Positions 25,061 to 38,495 are shown, counted from the stretch's first letter. The stretch: DNA of 64,000 bases from Octopus sinensis (GCF_006345805.1 NC_043012.1:59148001-59212000); one strand, 5' to 3'. Translations and numbers: made by a program. Notes: a model not told the origin generated them from the letters alone.

Positions 25061-25335
25061 AATATATATATATGTATATATATATGTGTATGTATATATA
25101 TATAATATATGTGTATGTATATATATGTGTGTATGTATATGTATGTGTGTGTGTATGTTTGTATGTCTGTGTTTGTCCCCCCAACATCGCTTGACAACCG
25201 ATGCTGGGGTTTTTACGTCCCAGTAATTTAGCCGTTCGGCAAAAGAGACCGATAGAATAAGTACTAGGCTTACAAAGAATAAGTCCTGGGGTCGATTTGC
25301 TCGACTAAAGGCGGTGCTCCAAGTAAAAGAGAGTA
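24727..25335 (+). mobile_element. Bipartite CORE-like SINE with greatly expanded internal microsatellite
   Basis: 5' half 24727-24892, about 270 bp of TA/CA/TG repeats, 3' half 25165-25335. Confidence 0.9.
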
Positions 25336-26974
25336 AACAAGAACCGGTAGTCTTGTTAGATACATCGGCTCGTGCTTGCTTTGATTCAGGAGGAACACAC
25401 GAAAATCTCGCAGTGTGACAAAAAGTGGATTGAATATTTTACAAATAAATATCGTTAAAAGAGAGGATACGTTCTCCGATGACGGAAACCAACGTGATCA
25501 TATATTCGCGTTCCATACAACGTAATGAAAATAAATACAAACGTTAGTGTTACGATTGTGATTTTAATTTCTTCTCCATAAATCGTCTTCTGCGACGCCG
25601 AGATATGGTATGCGGAAAAGTTGGCTGCTCTTTTTAGCATGTCAAGTGACTTCGTGGAACTCAGCTTCTGGATAACATATTTAGTACCATTTCATTCTAT
25701 TCTGTGCTGAGATCTCACTAAGGTGATGTTTGTCATTCATTCCCCCGCGGTCGATAAACTAATAGCGCCATTAAAAAGACTCCAGAACGGTATAATCGAT
25801 TTATGTCCTTCCGTAAACCGTGTGATCTTCTGCTTCTATAAGAACCCAATATTTCTTAACATATTTGATGGCACAAAAGGTGAACAGGCATATATTAGCC
25901 GCACCTCAATTTCAGCAACACATTTGAAAAGAAAGCGAATTGTTTAAGCTTATAAGCGGCCCAGCTTCCTATATGGGAGCAAGGATAATTTTGTGACGTA
26001 GTTCTGGAAGGGGAGAAAAATTTGCGTTTCATATGCCGTCTAATATGATGTGTAGGAAGAATTTCAACCGTGTTTCGTGGTCTGCTACCACAACAGCTCC
26101 TTTATAGGATCCAGTTAGCTCAAACATCACCAGGAGGAACCACGTTCGGTTTCGACCCCTACTCCTCTACCGTTCTGACGTGGCGGGCGACTGACTGTTC
26201 TGTCAAATTCCCTTTAAATACCTGCTGCTAGGGAGAGAAATTTGCGATTCATATGCCGTCTAATATGATGTGTATTTTTCATTACTGATTTCGGTTAAAA
26301 TGTTATCGAAATGAACCAACATGGGAACTCGTATGTGGTTGATCTGTCTGTTAGAAATAACAACCCAAACAGCTTTTAATCAGGTCCTGTGGTCTTGAAG
26401 CAAATGAATGAACACGTTAGTGAATGTATTTCTCTAATATAGAAAAAAAAACAAGAAAGAAAGGCAACAGCTGCAATGTCTTTGATCAAAGGTCTGTTTG
26501 ATCAGTGCTGACCCGGGTCTTAACAACAACAACACCTCCAAATTTGACATAACCTTTCATCTTTCTTCTGTCAATATAATCAATACAAGTCAAGTACTGA
26601 TATCGATTCGATCGATCCCCACCTAAAAATACATTATTTTTTTAATTTTTGTTTTCTTTCCTAACAAAGTTACAAATTATCATTTTTTCTTTATTTATTT
26701 GTTTATTTCACTTATCAAATTACGGAGTGGCACAGCTGATAAGGTGGTGGAATTTTAACATTTTTATTCCAAGTTCAAATCACACTTTGGTTGATTTAGC
26801 ATTTCTATTCGTTCGTATTCAATATAATAAGGCCTGCGTATTGCTGATCAAAGTTTGGTTTAATCCTTGATATTTCCGCTTCTAATATAGTTTCTTGTAA
26901 GTTATTAATTTTCACTCACCTGAAAGCAATAGCAGAATAAAGACGAGAAAGCACGCGTGTGTGTGTGTGTGTGA

Positions 26975-27019
<45 letters not shown>

Positions 27020-27101
27020 CGGGTAGGTTTATAAACATACGCATGCTCATAGAATATTTCTACATCTATCTATCTATCGTTAACATATAACACATTACAT
27101 A

Positions 27102-27137
<36 letters not shown>

Positions 27138-27140
<3 letters not shown>

Positions 27141-27420
27141 AGGCGCAATGGCCCAGTGGTTAGGATCGCGGTTTCGATTCCTAGACCGGGCGTTGTGAGT
27201 GTTTATTGAGCGAAAACACCTAAAAGCTCCACGAGGCTCCGGCAGTGAGTGGTGATCCCTGCTGTACTCTTTCACCACTCTCTTTCTCACTCTTTCTTCT
27301 GTTAGCCTACTCGCTTAGCCAGCGGGGTGGCGTCATTCGAAGGCTAAAACAATGCGAACGCATTGTGATCAGCGATGTGTAACAACATCAGATGGTCTGC
27401 TCAGTCACGTGGTCACGTGA
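27138..27420 (+). mobile_element. tRNA-derived SINE (OR1/OR2-like, second subfamily)
   Basis: GGAGGCGCAATGGCCCAGTGGTTAGG..TTCGATTCCTAGACCGGGCG..GCGGGGTGGCGTCATTCGAAGGCTAAAAC..CACGTGGTCACGTGA. Confidence 0.85.
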
Positions 27421-27532
27421 TATATATATATGTATGTATATATATATGCATGTATATGTTAGATGGGTGCTGACGAAGGGTCAAAATACCACGAAAAATT
27501 ACATATACACTCATTAGCCTTTTTTTTATAGG

Positions 27533-27856
27533 CGTGGCGCCTTGGGCAAGTGTTTTCTACTATAGCCTTGGCCCGACCAAAGCCTTGTGAATAGATTTGG
27601 TAGAAGAAAACTGAAAGAAGACGGTCATATATATAACTTTATTTGTGTTTTTTGGATGCATGTGCTTGTCCCCCAACATCGTTTGACAACCGATGGTGGT
27701 GTGGTTACGTCCCTGTAACTTAGCGGTTCAGAAAAAGGGACGGATAGAATAAGTACTAGGCTTACAAAGAATAAGTCCTGGGGTTGATTTGCTCGATTAA
27801 AGGCGGTGCTCCAGCATGGTCGCAGTCGATTGAAACAAGTAAAAGAATAAAAGAAT
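27533..27856 (+). mobile_element. Bipartite CORE-like SINE, 5'-truncated
   Basis: GCGTGGCGCCTTGGGCAAG..GAAACAAGTAAAAGAATAAAAGAAT. Confidence 0.85.
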
Positions 27857-28002
27857 ATTTATTATGAAACAATCAAGGTTTCACTTCCATGCCTTTTAAC
27901 AACAATTTCTAAATCCAGTGCTATGGCTTTCCTCTACATCTTGGTAGAGTTGATGTTCTACCTATCCAAATAATCTGTAATGGGATATCTAGACTCTCTA
28001 TA

Positions 28003-29385
28003 TACTCTGGAAGAGTTCAATATCCTCCTGAACAACCTACACCCATCTCTCCAATTTACAAATTACAATTCCTAGATATAATGGTAATTTAAGATGTCAC
28101 CACCATTACCACAGGTATATACTACAAACACACGGAGACGCATCAATACCTGGATTTTAAGTCATGCCATCCGCCACATACAAAACGTAACATCCTATAC
28201 TGACTAGCCAGAAGAATTTGTATCATTGTAGAAGATGCACATATCATGAACAAACGCCTAACAGCACTAAGAGAATTTTTGCTCAAACACATATACCCGT
28301 CTCTACTTAAAGAAAATTACATACAGCGGGCTATAAAAATACCACTACAACAACTGAGGACAACTCAAAGATAAAGAAAACTGGAACAAGTCATACTATT
28401 TATAGAAACACACAACCTATTTCACCAGAATATCTTCAACATTGCCAAAGCAAACTTACCAATCATTGCCCAAAGTAATGAATTAAAATATACCATCACA
28501 GATCGAGCTATGGTTCTTAGTAAAATACAGCCTAAAATCTTGAAAAGGTTATTAACAAAGGCAAAGTTTGACCTTAGCAATAAAGACCAATCATTCACTG
28601 TATCTAATTGCAATGATAGCCTATATGTCACATGCTAATTCATACATACCGGCTAATATATGAATACAAAGACCGTAAAATATTCACAGACTCAAATATG
28701 AACGGCAAAAGTAGAAATTTAATTTTTCGCATCAGATGCCCGAATTATGAAGAACCATATGTGGGTCAGACTGGAAATGCACGATCAGAATGTTCCCGTG
28801 TGCACTAACCGCACATTAGAGACCCAGATGTCCGTCAGACACCTTTGAGTAACCACCTAGCAACATTCGGTCGGAAAATATTTATAGTATTTCCATTCCA
28901 CAAACTACACAGTCCAAGTGAAAATTGAGAGAAAAATCAGAGAAAAGAACTTTATTAATAAACTAGCAGTATCGCCCGGCGTTGCTCGGGTTTGTAAAGA
29001 AAATAACTATATAAGCATTTTTAGAGAGTTATAGCCAAAAAATAGCAAAAAAATGCATTAAAAATGGAAAAAAAATTATGGTAAATTTTTTTTTAAATCG
29101 TTGACTTATCGTAGACATTTTTAGAGAGTTACTTCCCTTATATAATAGCGAAAAAAATGCATTAAAATGGAAAAAAATTATGGTATTTTTTTTTAATCGT
29201 AGACTCATCGTAGACGCGCGCTAATACCCAGAAGGGCTCGATATGAATCGCGACTATAAGATACCCGGTTTTGGTTAAACTTCACCGCAAAATGTGGGAG
29301 TAGTTAGGAATCTATATCGTAGGAGACAGACACATAACTTTAGTTTTATATATAAAGATTCTAACTCAAGCTAAATAAACAATAA
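28003..29385 (+). mobile_element. Penelope-like element ORF relic (RT C-terminus plus GIY-YIG endonuclease), interrupted by a Helitron
   Basis: TLEEFNILLNNLHPSLQFT, QFLDIMV, TGIYYKHTETHQYLDFKSCHPPHTKRNILY*LARRIC, IFRIRCPNYEEPYVGQTG, IERKIREKNFINK|F*LKLN; several stops and frameshifts. Confidence 0.88.
28963..29358 (-). mobile_element. Non-autonomous Helitron, 396 bp, both ends intact
   Basis: On the - strand it starts TCTTTATATATAAAA and ends ..CCCGAGCAACGCCGGG-CGATACTG-CTAG; subterminal hairpin at 28975-28990; inserted between A and T without a TSD. Confidence 0.85.
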
Positions 29386-29816
29386 TACTTAAACGCGGAA
29401 ACACCGAATTTTAAACATAATTCATCTCCCATTACTGTGACTTCAGATCAAATACTTCCCACTCGTTGCTCTCCTGAATTTTGTTCGTTAGAGTATGCCC
29501 AGGAAGGAATTATTCAAAGCGTCCTTGTTTTGTGAAATGTTTGCATATGATTCCCGAGAGAAATTGGCTGGTGTATTTCGTTGTCCGAGAACGATATTAG
29601 CTCCCCCACCCCACATGTTTTATCTCTAGTTCGCGTAAAACCTGGCGACATTTTGTACTTTTAGCAGATGCAATTGATCAGTAATGAATCACACTGAAGC
29701 TGATAAGTATTTCGTGGACCGGATACAATTCCCACACATATACACACACACACACACTTATATACGTACACATACACACTCACCAACATATGTATATACA
29801 TACGTACATATATATG

Positions 29817-29879
<63 letters not shown>

Positions 29880-30025
29880 TGAAATATATACATGTATATA
29901 ATACATGTATATTTCTATCTATCTATCTATATATATATACATATATGTATGTATATATGTGTGTATATATATATGTATAAATATGCATATACATCTGTAT
30001 TTATATACATGTATATATTTTACAC

Positions 30026-30069
<44 letters not shown>

Positions 30070-30084
30070 CATAACATACATACA

Positions 30085-30292
30085 TGCATACGTACATACG
30101 TATATATATATATATATACATACATACATACACACACACACACATACATACATACATATATACATTCATACATACATACATACATAGAGATACATACATA
30201 CATGCGTACATACATACATACATACATACATACATACATACATACATACATACATACATACATACATACATACATACATACATACATACATT
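30085..30292. repeat. (TACA)n microsatellite within a larger TA/TG tract (about 29730-30290)
   Basis: Direct reading. Confidence 0.95.
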
Positions 30293-30645
30293 CGTACCAG
30301 TTCATTACGAAAGTACTAGCAATCAATAAACTGGTTACTTTACTTAAACGATATTCACTGTACACAAAATTATAAACTTTGATATTTAGCTTCGGCTTTT
30401 ATTCTGATTATATCAGTTTTAATCACTAGAAAACTTTGTCACTATTTTCTTTCTTGGTACAGACTTCCGATTATTAGTCTTATATACTATTTAATCTTTT
30501 AGCTGCGTTATTGAAGCCTTATATTTCTTTATCATTTTTTTTTATTCTTCATGATACTCTCAACAAAACTCGTTTTATCTTTGCTTCAGAAATCTAATCT
30601 GTTGCCCTTTCCCTCTTTGAGTTAATCATTCTTTTAAATATGCAG

Positions 30646-30749
30646 ATCCTATGTGGATTCTGAGAGTTATGTTACCTGCGATAAGAACGGAAGCGTTTCA
30701 ATTTACTTAGCATTCGTAGCTGACGGCTTAACGAGGATTCGAAAATTAG
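30646..30749 (+). CDS. Candidate 104 nt coding exon (phase 2-1)
   Basis: attcttttaaatatgcAG acceptor and AG|GTAGAA donor (weak); only one open frame, SYVDSESYVTCDKNGSVSIYLAFVADGLTRIRKL. Confidence 0.35.
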
Positions 30750-30957
30750 GTAGAAAAAGAAAAACATGAGAACTAAAGTCTTTCATATATATCGCTTACT
30801 CTCCCTGTTTTACTACTCTTCCCACTCCCATCACTCTCTCCAACGCATGCGCATACACAAGGTTATGTTTTCTTTCTCTTCTATATATGTATTTATGTAT
30901 GTTTGTATGTACGTATATATATATATATATATATATTATACATACACATGTATGTAT

Positions 30958-30989
<32 letters not shown>

Positions 30990-31006
30990 GTATATACATA
31001 TATATA

Positions 31007-31106
<100 letters not shown>

Positions 31107-31209
31107 TGTATATGTATATTTATATTATGTATATATTGCAATATGCAATATTCTGAATTTAATTAGATGCGCACACAGAAATACGGATGCACGAACATAT
31201 TTATATACA

Positions 31210-31240
<31 letters not shown>

Positions 31241-31886
31241 AATGCATACGTCTGCATAACATGTATACATTTACATATAAGGGTATAAATGAGTGTATTT
31301 TTGTGTGTATGTGAGAATACTAAAAATATACATGGTTTCTTGAAGCCTTATCTCATGTTGTTATGAAGGAAGCAGAGATGAACCCCTAACGATGCAGAGA
31401 ATGTAATAATTTTACAATTTTAAGTCACTTTACAACTTCAAATTTTCCACGAAACACCATATTCAAAAATTTTTCGCCATTTTAAACTCACTAATCCGGT
31501 CAGGTCTCAAGGTCGGACAAAAACATTTCCATTCCGGCATCAGTTTACAATGGCGTTTCTGTTAACGATCATTAGATGCCCAGCTTCAAATCATTTATTC
31601 AGAGATGTTCATGTTTATGTTTCGTTCTTTTCTTTTGGTTCATTCATTTTCTTTGTTAAGTCATTGCAGCCTTCTTGAGGGACTAACTTGGAGAATTTTA
31701 GTCGATCATATAAAACCAGTAGTTATTCTCTCGGTCTGGTTTGTCGAAGCGCTACGTTACCGAAATGTAAATAAACCAACACGGGTTGTCACACGTAGAT
31801 GGCGAATAAAAACAATAACAAAGAAAAACACTTATATACACACAAACACATACACACATACATACATACACAAACACACACATATT

Positions 31887-31916
<30 letters not shown>

Positions 31917-31917
<1 letters not shown>

Positions 31918-32215
31918 CTGGCATTCCGTCGGTTACGACGACGCGGGTTCCCGTTGACCCGATCAACAGAACAAATTGCTCGTGAAATTAACTTGCATGT
32001 CGCCGAGCACTCCACAGACACGTTTGCACTTGACGTAGTTCTTGGGAAGGTTCACATGACAAAAAATGTGACAAGGTTGGCCCTTTGAAATACAGATACT
32101 ATTCATGTATGCCGGCTGGGTGGACTGGAGCAACGTGAAATAAAGTGTCTTGCACAAGGACAAACGCATTGCCAAATATTGAACTCACGACTTTACGATC
32201 GTGAACCGACTACAC
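31917..32215 (-). mobile_element. Nin/Deu-like SINE
   Basis: GGCATTCCGTCGGTTACGACGACG..GGACTGGAGCAACGTGAAATAAAGTGTCTTGCACAAGGACA..TTGAACTCACGAC. Confidence 0.85.
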
Positions 32216-32746
32216 TGGCTGGCTACCTCACAGTTTCTATCTACCAAATTCTCTGACAAAGCTTTTGTCGGCCTTGCCTACAGTAGAAGACACATGCACA
32301 AAATTCTGTGCAGGGGGGATGAGTCTTGGCCACCGTGATTGGAAATCAAGTAGTTTTAAGATGTAGCCATACATACGCCTGTTAGTTAAATAAAATAGAA
32401 TAAATATTTGATTAGTTGTCGCAAAACTGCCATCTCATCATAAGGTGATGCGTTGTCTTCGTGTATCGGAAGGCGAATTGTATCCCAAAGGAAAGCATTA
32501 CACTGGCGCTGATATGGTTTACTTAGCTCTAGCCTGTACCTGCCCTGTGGTAGTTTTACCGTGTCCCCTTCGGGGTTTATATCTTAGGTGTTCTACTTGG
32601 TCAAGGTTAAGAGAGCAGACATGTTGTCTATATCTACTAGTTTGTACGTAGATACTGATAACACAAAAGCGCATCTTACATGTTACCAAGACAGTGACGC
32701 CTGGCAGCATAGACATGCATACATATGTACAACTGTATGTGTGTGT

Positions 32747-32811
<65 letters not shown>

Positions 32812-32835
32812 CAGTCAGACAGACAGACAGATATA

Positions 32836-33045
32836 TATTTTTTCTACTCTAGGTACAAGGCCTGAAATTTGGGGGAGGGGGGCCCGTCGATTAGATCGAC
32901 CCTAGTACGCATCTGTTACTTAATTTATCGATACCGAAAGGATGAAAGGCGAAGTCGACTTCGGCGGAATTTGAACTCAGAACACAAAGACAGACGAAAT
33001 ACTGCTAAATATTTCACCCGGCGTGCTAACGTTTCTGCCAGCTCA
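32836..33045 (-). mobile_element. Meta-type SINE monomer (tail B)
   Basis: TTTTTCTACTCTAGGTACAAGGCCTGAAATTTGGGG..GAAAGGATGAAAGGCGAAGTCGAC..CTGCCAGCTC. Confidence 0.85.
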
Positions 33046-33059
33046 CATATATGTACGTG

Positions 33060-33090
<31 letters not shown>

Positions 33091-33667
33091 TCATCATGGC
33101 TAGAAGTGGTTCATCATTGAGCAGGTAGATATATATTATAAAGAAGGAATGTATAAGCAAAATATGCGGTATCACTTTCGAGTGTTTACTTCATAATTCA
33201 ATCAGTATTACAAAGTTATTAGAGTAAATAACGGATAAAGAAATAATTCATAAACTCTCTAGAAGCCGTTCCCAGAATTACTGTGCATATGGATGGAGCA
33301 TAGGCCATTGAGTAAAGAATTTCACCATTTCAGAGAGGAAGAATCAAGGAACATCATTAATTCTTAATTACTCCTCAATTCTTGCACAATGGCAGTGGTA
33401 ACTACTATTTTCTGTAACTAAGGACATTCCTTAAATCTTCTGCGATGGAATTGGTAACAATGGCATTTAAGGATGATCTTTGATTCCTTCTCTCTGAATA
33501 CAGTATGGTTAGCATATATGGAAATCTTTGCTCGATGACCAATGTGCAATATACAGAGCAATTCTAAAAACAGCTGCAAGGGTTTTCTCGTTTTATGCGT
33601 TAATTTTGAGTCTCGTAGGATCGTTAAACGAAGCAAAATCGTGAGGCTCGTAGAAACGTGTATACAT

Positions 33668-33706
<39 letters not shown>

Positions 33707-33927
33707 ATATATTACATATATATATATATATAATATTATACATATATATATATTATGTATGTATATATATGTACATATATATATATATTATATATATATA
33801 TAATATATATATTAATATATATATATTATATATGTATAAATGTATATATGTATATATATATATATATATATATACTATATATTATATATATATATATACA
33901 TATTTATGTTATGTATGTACATCTGTG

Positions 33928-33972
<45 letters not shown>

Positions 33973-34394
33973 GTAAATAGATAGATAGAAGTGTGTGTGT
34001 GCTTATTATATGAAATTTTATTCATGCTACGAAGAAATAATTGGTTCTCTCTTATAAATGACGCCCCAAGACCTACAACTTCAAGTCTCCACAATGGACA
34101 TACGTGGGTTGTATTAATTTATATCCTAATACATATTACAGTATATATATGCATTGAATGCTGCATAATTTTTCATGTATATAATTTACTTATATAGACC
34201 CACGGACCCATCCATATTCCTTTTAATATAACAATAATATATACATATATACAGATGTTTATCTTTAATCTGCAGAATTTTGCAAAATTAACTTATGGGC
34301 CGCAATATTTTCGGTTACAATAATTATTACTCACATATAAATACACATAATCTATCTACATGGATGCACGTATAGACACACAGAAACATATATA

Positions 34395-34445
<51 letters not shown>

Positions 34446-34495
34446 AGAGAGAGAGAGAGAGAGATAATAGATAGATAGATAGATAGGTAGGTAGG

Positions 34496-34544
<49 letters not shown>

Positions 34545-34569
34545 TATATATATATACATAAAATATATA

Positions 34570-34721
34570 TGTTTATATATGTATATATACATGTGTGTTT
34601 GTATGTATTTATGTATGTATTTATGTATTTATGTATGTATGTACTTATGTATGTATGTATTTATGTATATATGTGTGTGTGTATGTATGCATGTATGTAT
34701 GTATGTATGTATGTATGTATG

Positions 34722-34752
<31 letters not shown>

Positions 34753-34986
34753 GTATACAACTTTCTTTTGCGCAGCGCAATTAATTAATCACCCCAATGT
34801 TCCTGTGTTTATCAAAACAGCATTAATCAAATTTAATAATCAATTGAAATAATTATAATTAATCCTTGAAAATAATAATAATAATAATAATAAATAATAA
34901 TAATAATAATAATAATAATATAATAATAATAATAATAATAATAATGATAATAATATAATAATAATAATGATGATGTGATGATGATG

Positions 34987-35021
<35 letters not shown>

Positions 35022-35038
35022 GATTGATGATGATAATA

Positions 35039-35096
<58 letters not shown>

Positions 35097-35112
35097 TTAA
35101 TAATAACAAGAA
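34570..35112. repeat. (TATG)n followed by (AAT)n/(GAT)n microsatellites
   Basis: Direct reading. Confidence 0.95.
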
Positions 35113-36211
35113 CAATAAAATATCAATTTAGAATTACTGTAAATCATTTATTTTTCAGAGAAAATTTTATCAAGAAATCAAGAGCTACTTGAATAGTTTT
35201 AACCTTCTTTTTTCTTTTCTTCATACATTTTGTGATAGCAAATCATTTGAATATCTTAACCTCGGTGAACGAGCATACTTCTGTCGACATTCGCATGCAG
35301 ATCCATTAATCGTTGTTTGGCCAACGTTATATTCTGAAGAAAAAAAAATTGATCAAATTCTTTCCTCACTTTTTTATTTATTTATTATCCATTTATTTTG
35401 TCGTCATTGTTATTTCCTTTGAGATAACTCTCGTTTATTCATATTCCTTTTACTTTCCATTCCTTGTTCTTTTCATATTCTCTTCTGCTGCACCATTTTC
35501 TATAAAAATCTGCGTCACTTATGTCTTGCAAATGTGAAGTCAATAATTCAAGAATATTTCCCGAAGCAAACTTCTAGAAGCCAACATCCCGCCTTCTCTT
35601 CTGAGGGAACCAATTTTAACATTGACTTCCTTCACTTGATTATTGAAGCCACAGAAAATTTTTACAACATTCAGGCAAAAACCTGAAAAGCATCTCCAGT
35701 ATATTTGTCTTACTTCTCACGTCTCGTGAATATTTTTAAATGCCTTGTTACTGGGGGTTTTTTTTCAACATTCCAATTGAGTAATTTATACAGTTATAAT
35801 TCTAATTGTGAGTAAGATTTAAGATTTCAATTGTAAGTTTCAAGTTATAATTTTAATTGTAAGAAGATTTCAGTATGTAAAATATCTTGAATTTAAGCAT
35901 TAGACGTTAGATCATTGTATTTAAACGATGGTGCCGTATTTCGTAGTAAAAAAAAAACTGTAACCTACTCATCATTCCAAAAATAATTAGTGACATCCAC
36001 CAGAAACAATATCAAAAGTAGAATTAAATTTGAAAGCTAAATTATTTTTCTCAAGGTAGCTTTTAACTTACGGGTTACAATTCGACAAAAGACTCACGTC
36101 ACCAAATCAACCTCTAGGAATATACATTGTTCCGTTTTTAAAATTTGTTTGTCGAATGACTGGTGGGGGTGGGTTAAATATATATATATGTATATATATA
36201 TATAATGTATA

Positions 36212-36355
<144 letters not shown>

Positions 36356-36441
36356 AATAATAAAGGTAGAAATTGATATTAATCAATTAAAAACAGTGGC
36401 TTAGCATATTTTTAAAAATCCGAAGATGAAAAATTGTGTTA

Positions 36442-36657
36442 CAAAATTAAGTGGAATGATCACTAAAGTGGACACCTAATATGCTAAACATAGACGTCAA
36501 ATCGCCATTACCACGAAGAAAGTGTTCTCAAGAAAAATCTCACCGAAACGTTTTGCTGAGATTTTTCTTGAGCACACATTCTTCGTTGCAATGGCGATTC
36601 GACGTCTATGGTTAGCATATTAGGCATCCACTTTAGTGGTCATTCCTCTTAATTTTG
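36442..36657. mobile_element. 216 bp palindromic MITE (Tc1/mariner-type TA flanks)
   Basis: About 100 bp arms pair along their whole length (CAAAATTAAG../..CTTAATTTTG) around a ~14 nt loop; TA at 36440-36441 and 36658-36659. Confidence 0.75.
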
Positions 36658-36686
36658 TATATATACATATATATATTTATATATTC

Positions 36687-36717
<31 letters not shown>

Positions 36718-38329
36718 CATATATATATATATATATAATATACACGCACGCGCGCGCACGCACACACACACACAGGGAGGAGGAGGGAGAAACAAAATGC
36801 AGAAACAAAATATTTGATTTTATCTTTACGTGATAAATAGCTAAGAGAGAGAAATGTTTTTTTGCATTATCGTTGGAGCATCGAACAATATGCCATGTGG
36901 TATTTCTTATTGCTCTTTCTGTTTTCGGCTTCCATGCCTCAGATTTTAACTTGGCGTCTCAGCCATCTGGGTTGAAAAATCAAAGACACTATAACTACAG
37001 AAATAAAATAATGATAAGCATGCAAGTGCTGCGTATGTTATAGCTTCTAAAAGACAACTGGCCAAATCATTTCTAGGTCCGCACTCCCTGCTAAGTCCGA
37101 GTATATTTAAGATATACCATTGTGATGGCAGCGATATCTACAGAGCAATATGGGCGACATATTGGTTTCAAATTTTACCACCATACTAGAAATTCCGGGA
37201 TAGAGACTAAGACAAATTAAATATATCTCCAGTTTGCAACATATTTTATCGACCCCGAAAAGATCGACGGCAAAGTTGACCTTAGCGGAATTTCAGCTTA
37301 GAATGTAAAAATGAACAAAATACGCCTTAGCATTTCTGCTAACAATTCTGCCGGCTCGCTACCCTCCCATAAGAAATTATGTAGCCAAGTACCAACCTGG
37401 ATGTGCAGTTAATAACTAGCGATAATTATAAGATGCATACTTTGGCAAATTGAAACGGAGATGAATACAAGCCGTGTGAAAGACAAAATTGGATTCCACA
37501 AGATTTGAACTCAGATCAAGCAGAACCATAAAAAACGTAACTAAACACATCGAAACATTTTCTAGGACAACTTGTCCAATTCTGCAAAGCCACCTTTGTT
37601 CATAGTTTTGATTCCAGTTGTAGTCGAGGTTGATTTTTTAGGCTGTAATCTTTTCGTGATCGATAAAAAAAAAATAGTAAGTACCAGTTATATACTGGGT
37701 CGATTGAATCGAATACATCCCTCGCTAAACAAAAAAACAATTGGTCGTATGGCGATGTTTAGAAATCAATATTTAAAGTGCTGAGAGCAGCAGAAACGAT
37801 GGATACTGTTTAGAATTTACAAGAAGAAAAATAAAGTGAAGGGGAAAAAAATAATTGCTTTCTCCAAACTGTGAAATGAACAAGGTTGAAAATATCTCTG
37901 AAAATAGCTGGAGACCATTAAACTTTATCAATACCGTTCATCGAGTGTTGTGTTAGCAGTAGCAGCAGCACTAGCAGGGACAGCTGCAACAGCAGCAGCA
38001 TCAGTGAAAACAGCAACGAATGCAGCTCTGTTGAGATAACAACAAAATAACAGTCGACATCGTGAATGCTATGCCGGACTATTCTGAGTGAAGTCAGAAA
38101 ATTCTATATTGGAAATCATTTCATCACCATCATAATCTGTATCATCCACCTCCTCCTCCTCGTCATCATCATCAATACTATTATAATCAGCGTCATCGTC
38201 GTTGTCATAGTCATTGCTATCATCATTGTCATCATCATCACCATCATCATTACCATCATCAACTTAAATATGAGTGTTTTGCTCGGTTTCTATCTGACAA
38301 GCGATGTTTCTGCTAATGCTATTGTTATT

Positions 38330-38495
38330 GTATTATTTTCTAGATCCACCCCAGTACGCAGCTGGTACTTACTTAATCGATCCCTAAAGGATGAAAGGCA
38401 AAGTCGACCTCGTCGGAATTTGAACTCAGGACGTAAAGACAGACGAAATACCGCAAAGCATTTCGCCCGGCGTGCTAACGTTTCTGCCAGCTCGC
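38330..38495 (-). mobile_element. Meta-type SINE
   Basis: AAGGATGAAAGGCAAAGTCGACCTCGTCGGAATTTGAACTCAG..CTGCCAGCTCGC. Confidence 0.85.

Noticed and set aside
25380-26000. Possible degenerate transposase on the - strand
   Set aside because: Stop-riddled, and no diagnostic DDE or other motif could be identified.
26135-26190. GGTCGAAACCG flanked by CCACGT/ACGTGG on the - strand (hammerhead-like)
   Set aside because: There is no CUGANGA equivalent and no NUH triplet.
30670-30697. Second - strand CAG|GTAACA recursive-site look-alike
   Set aside because: The donor is weak and it lies inside the better-supported + strand candidate exon.
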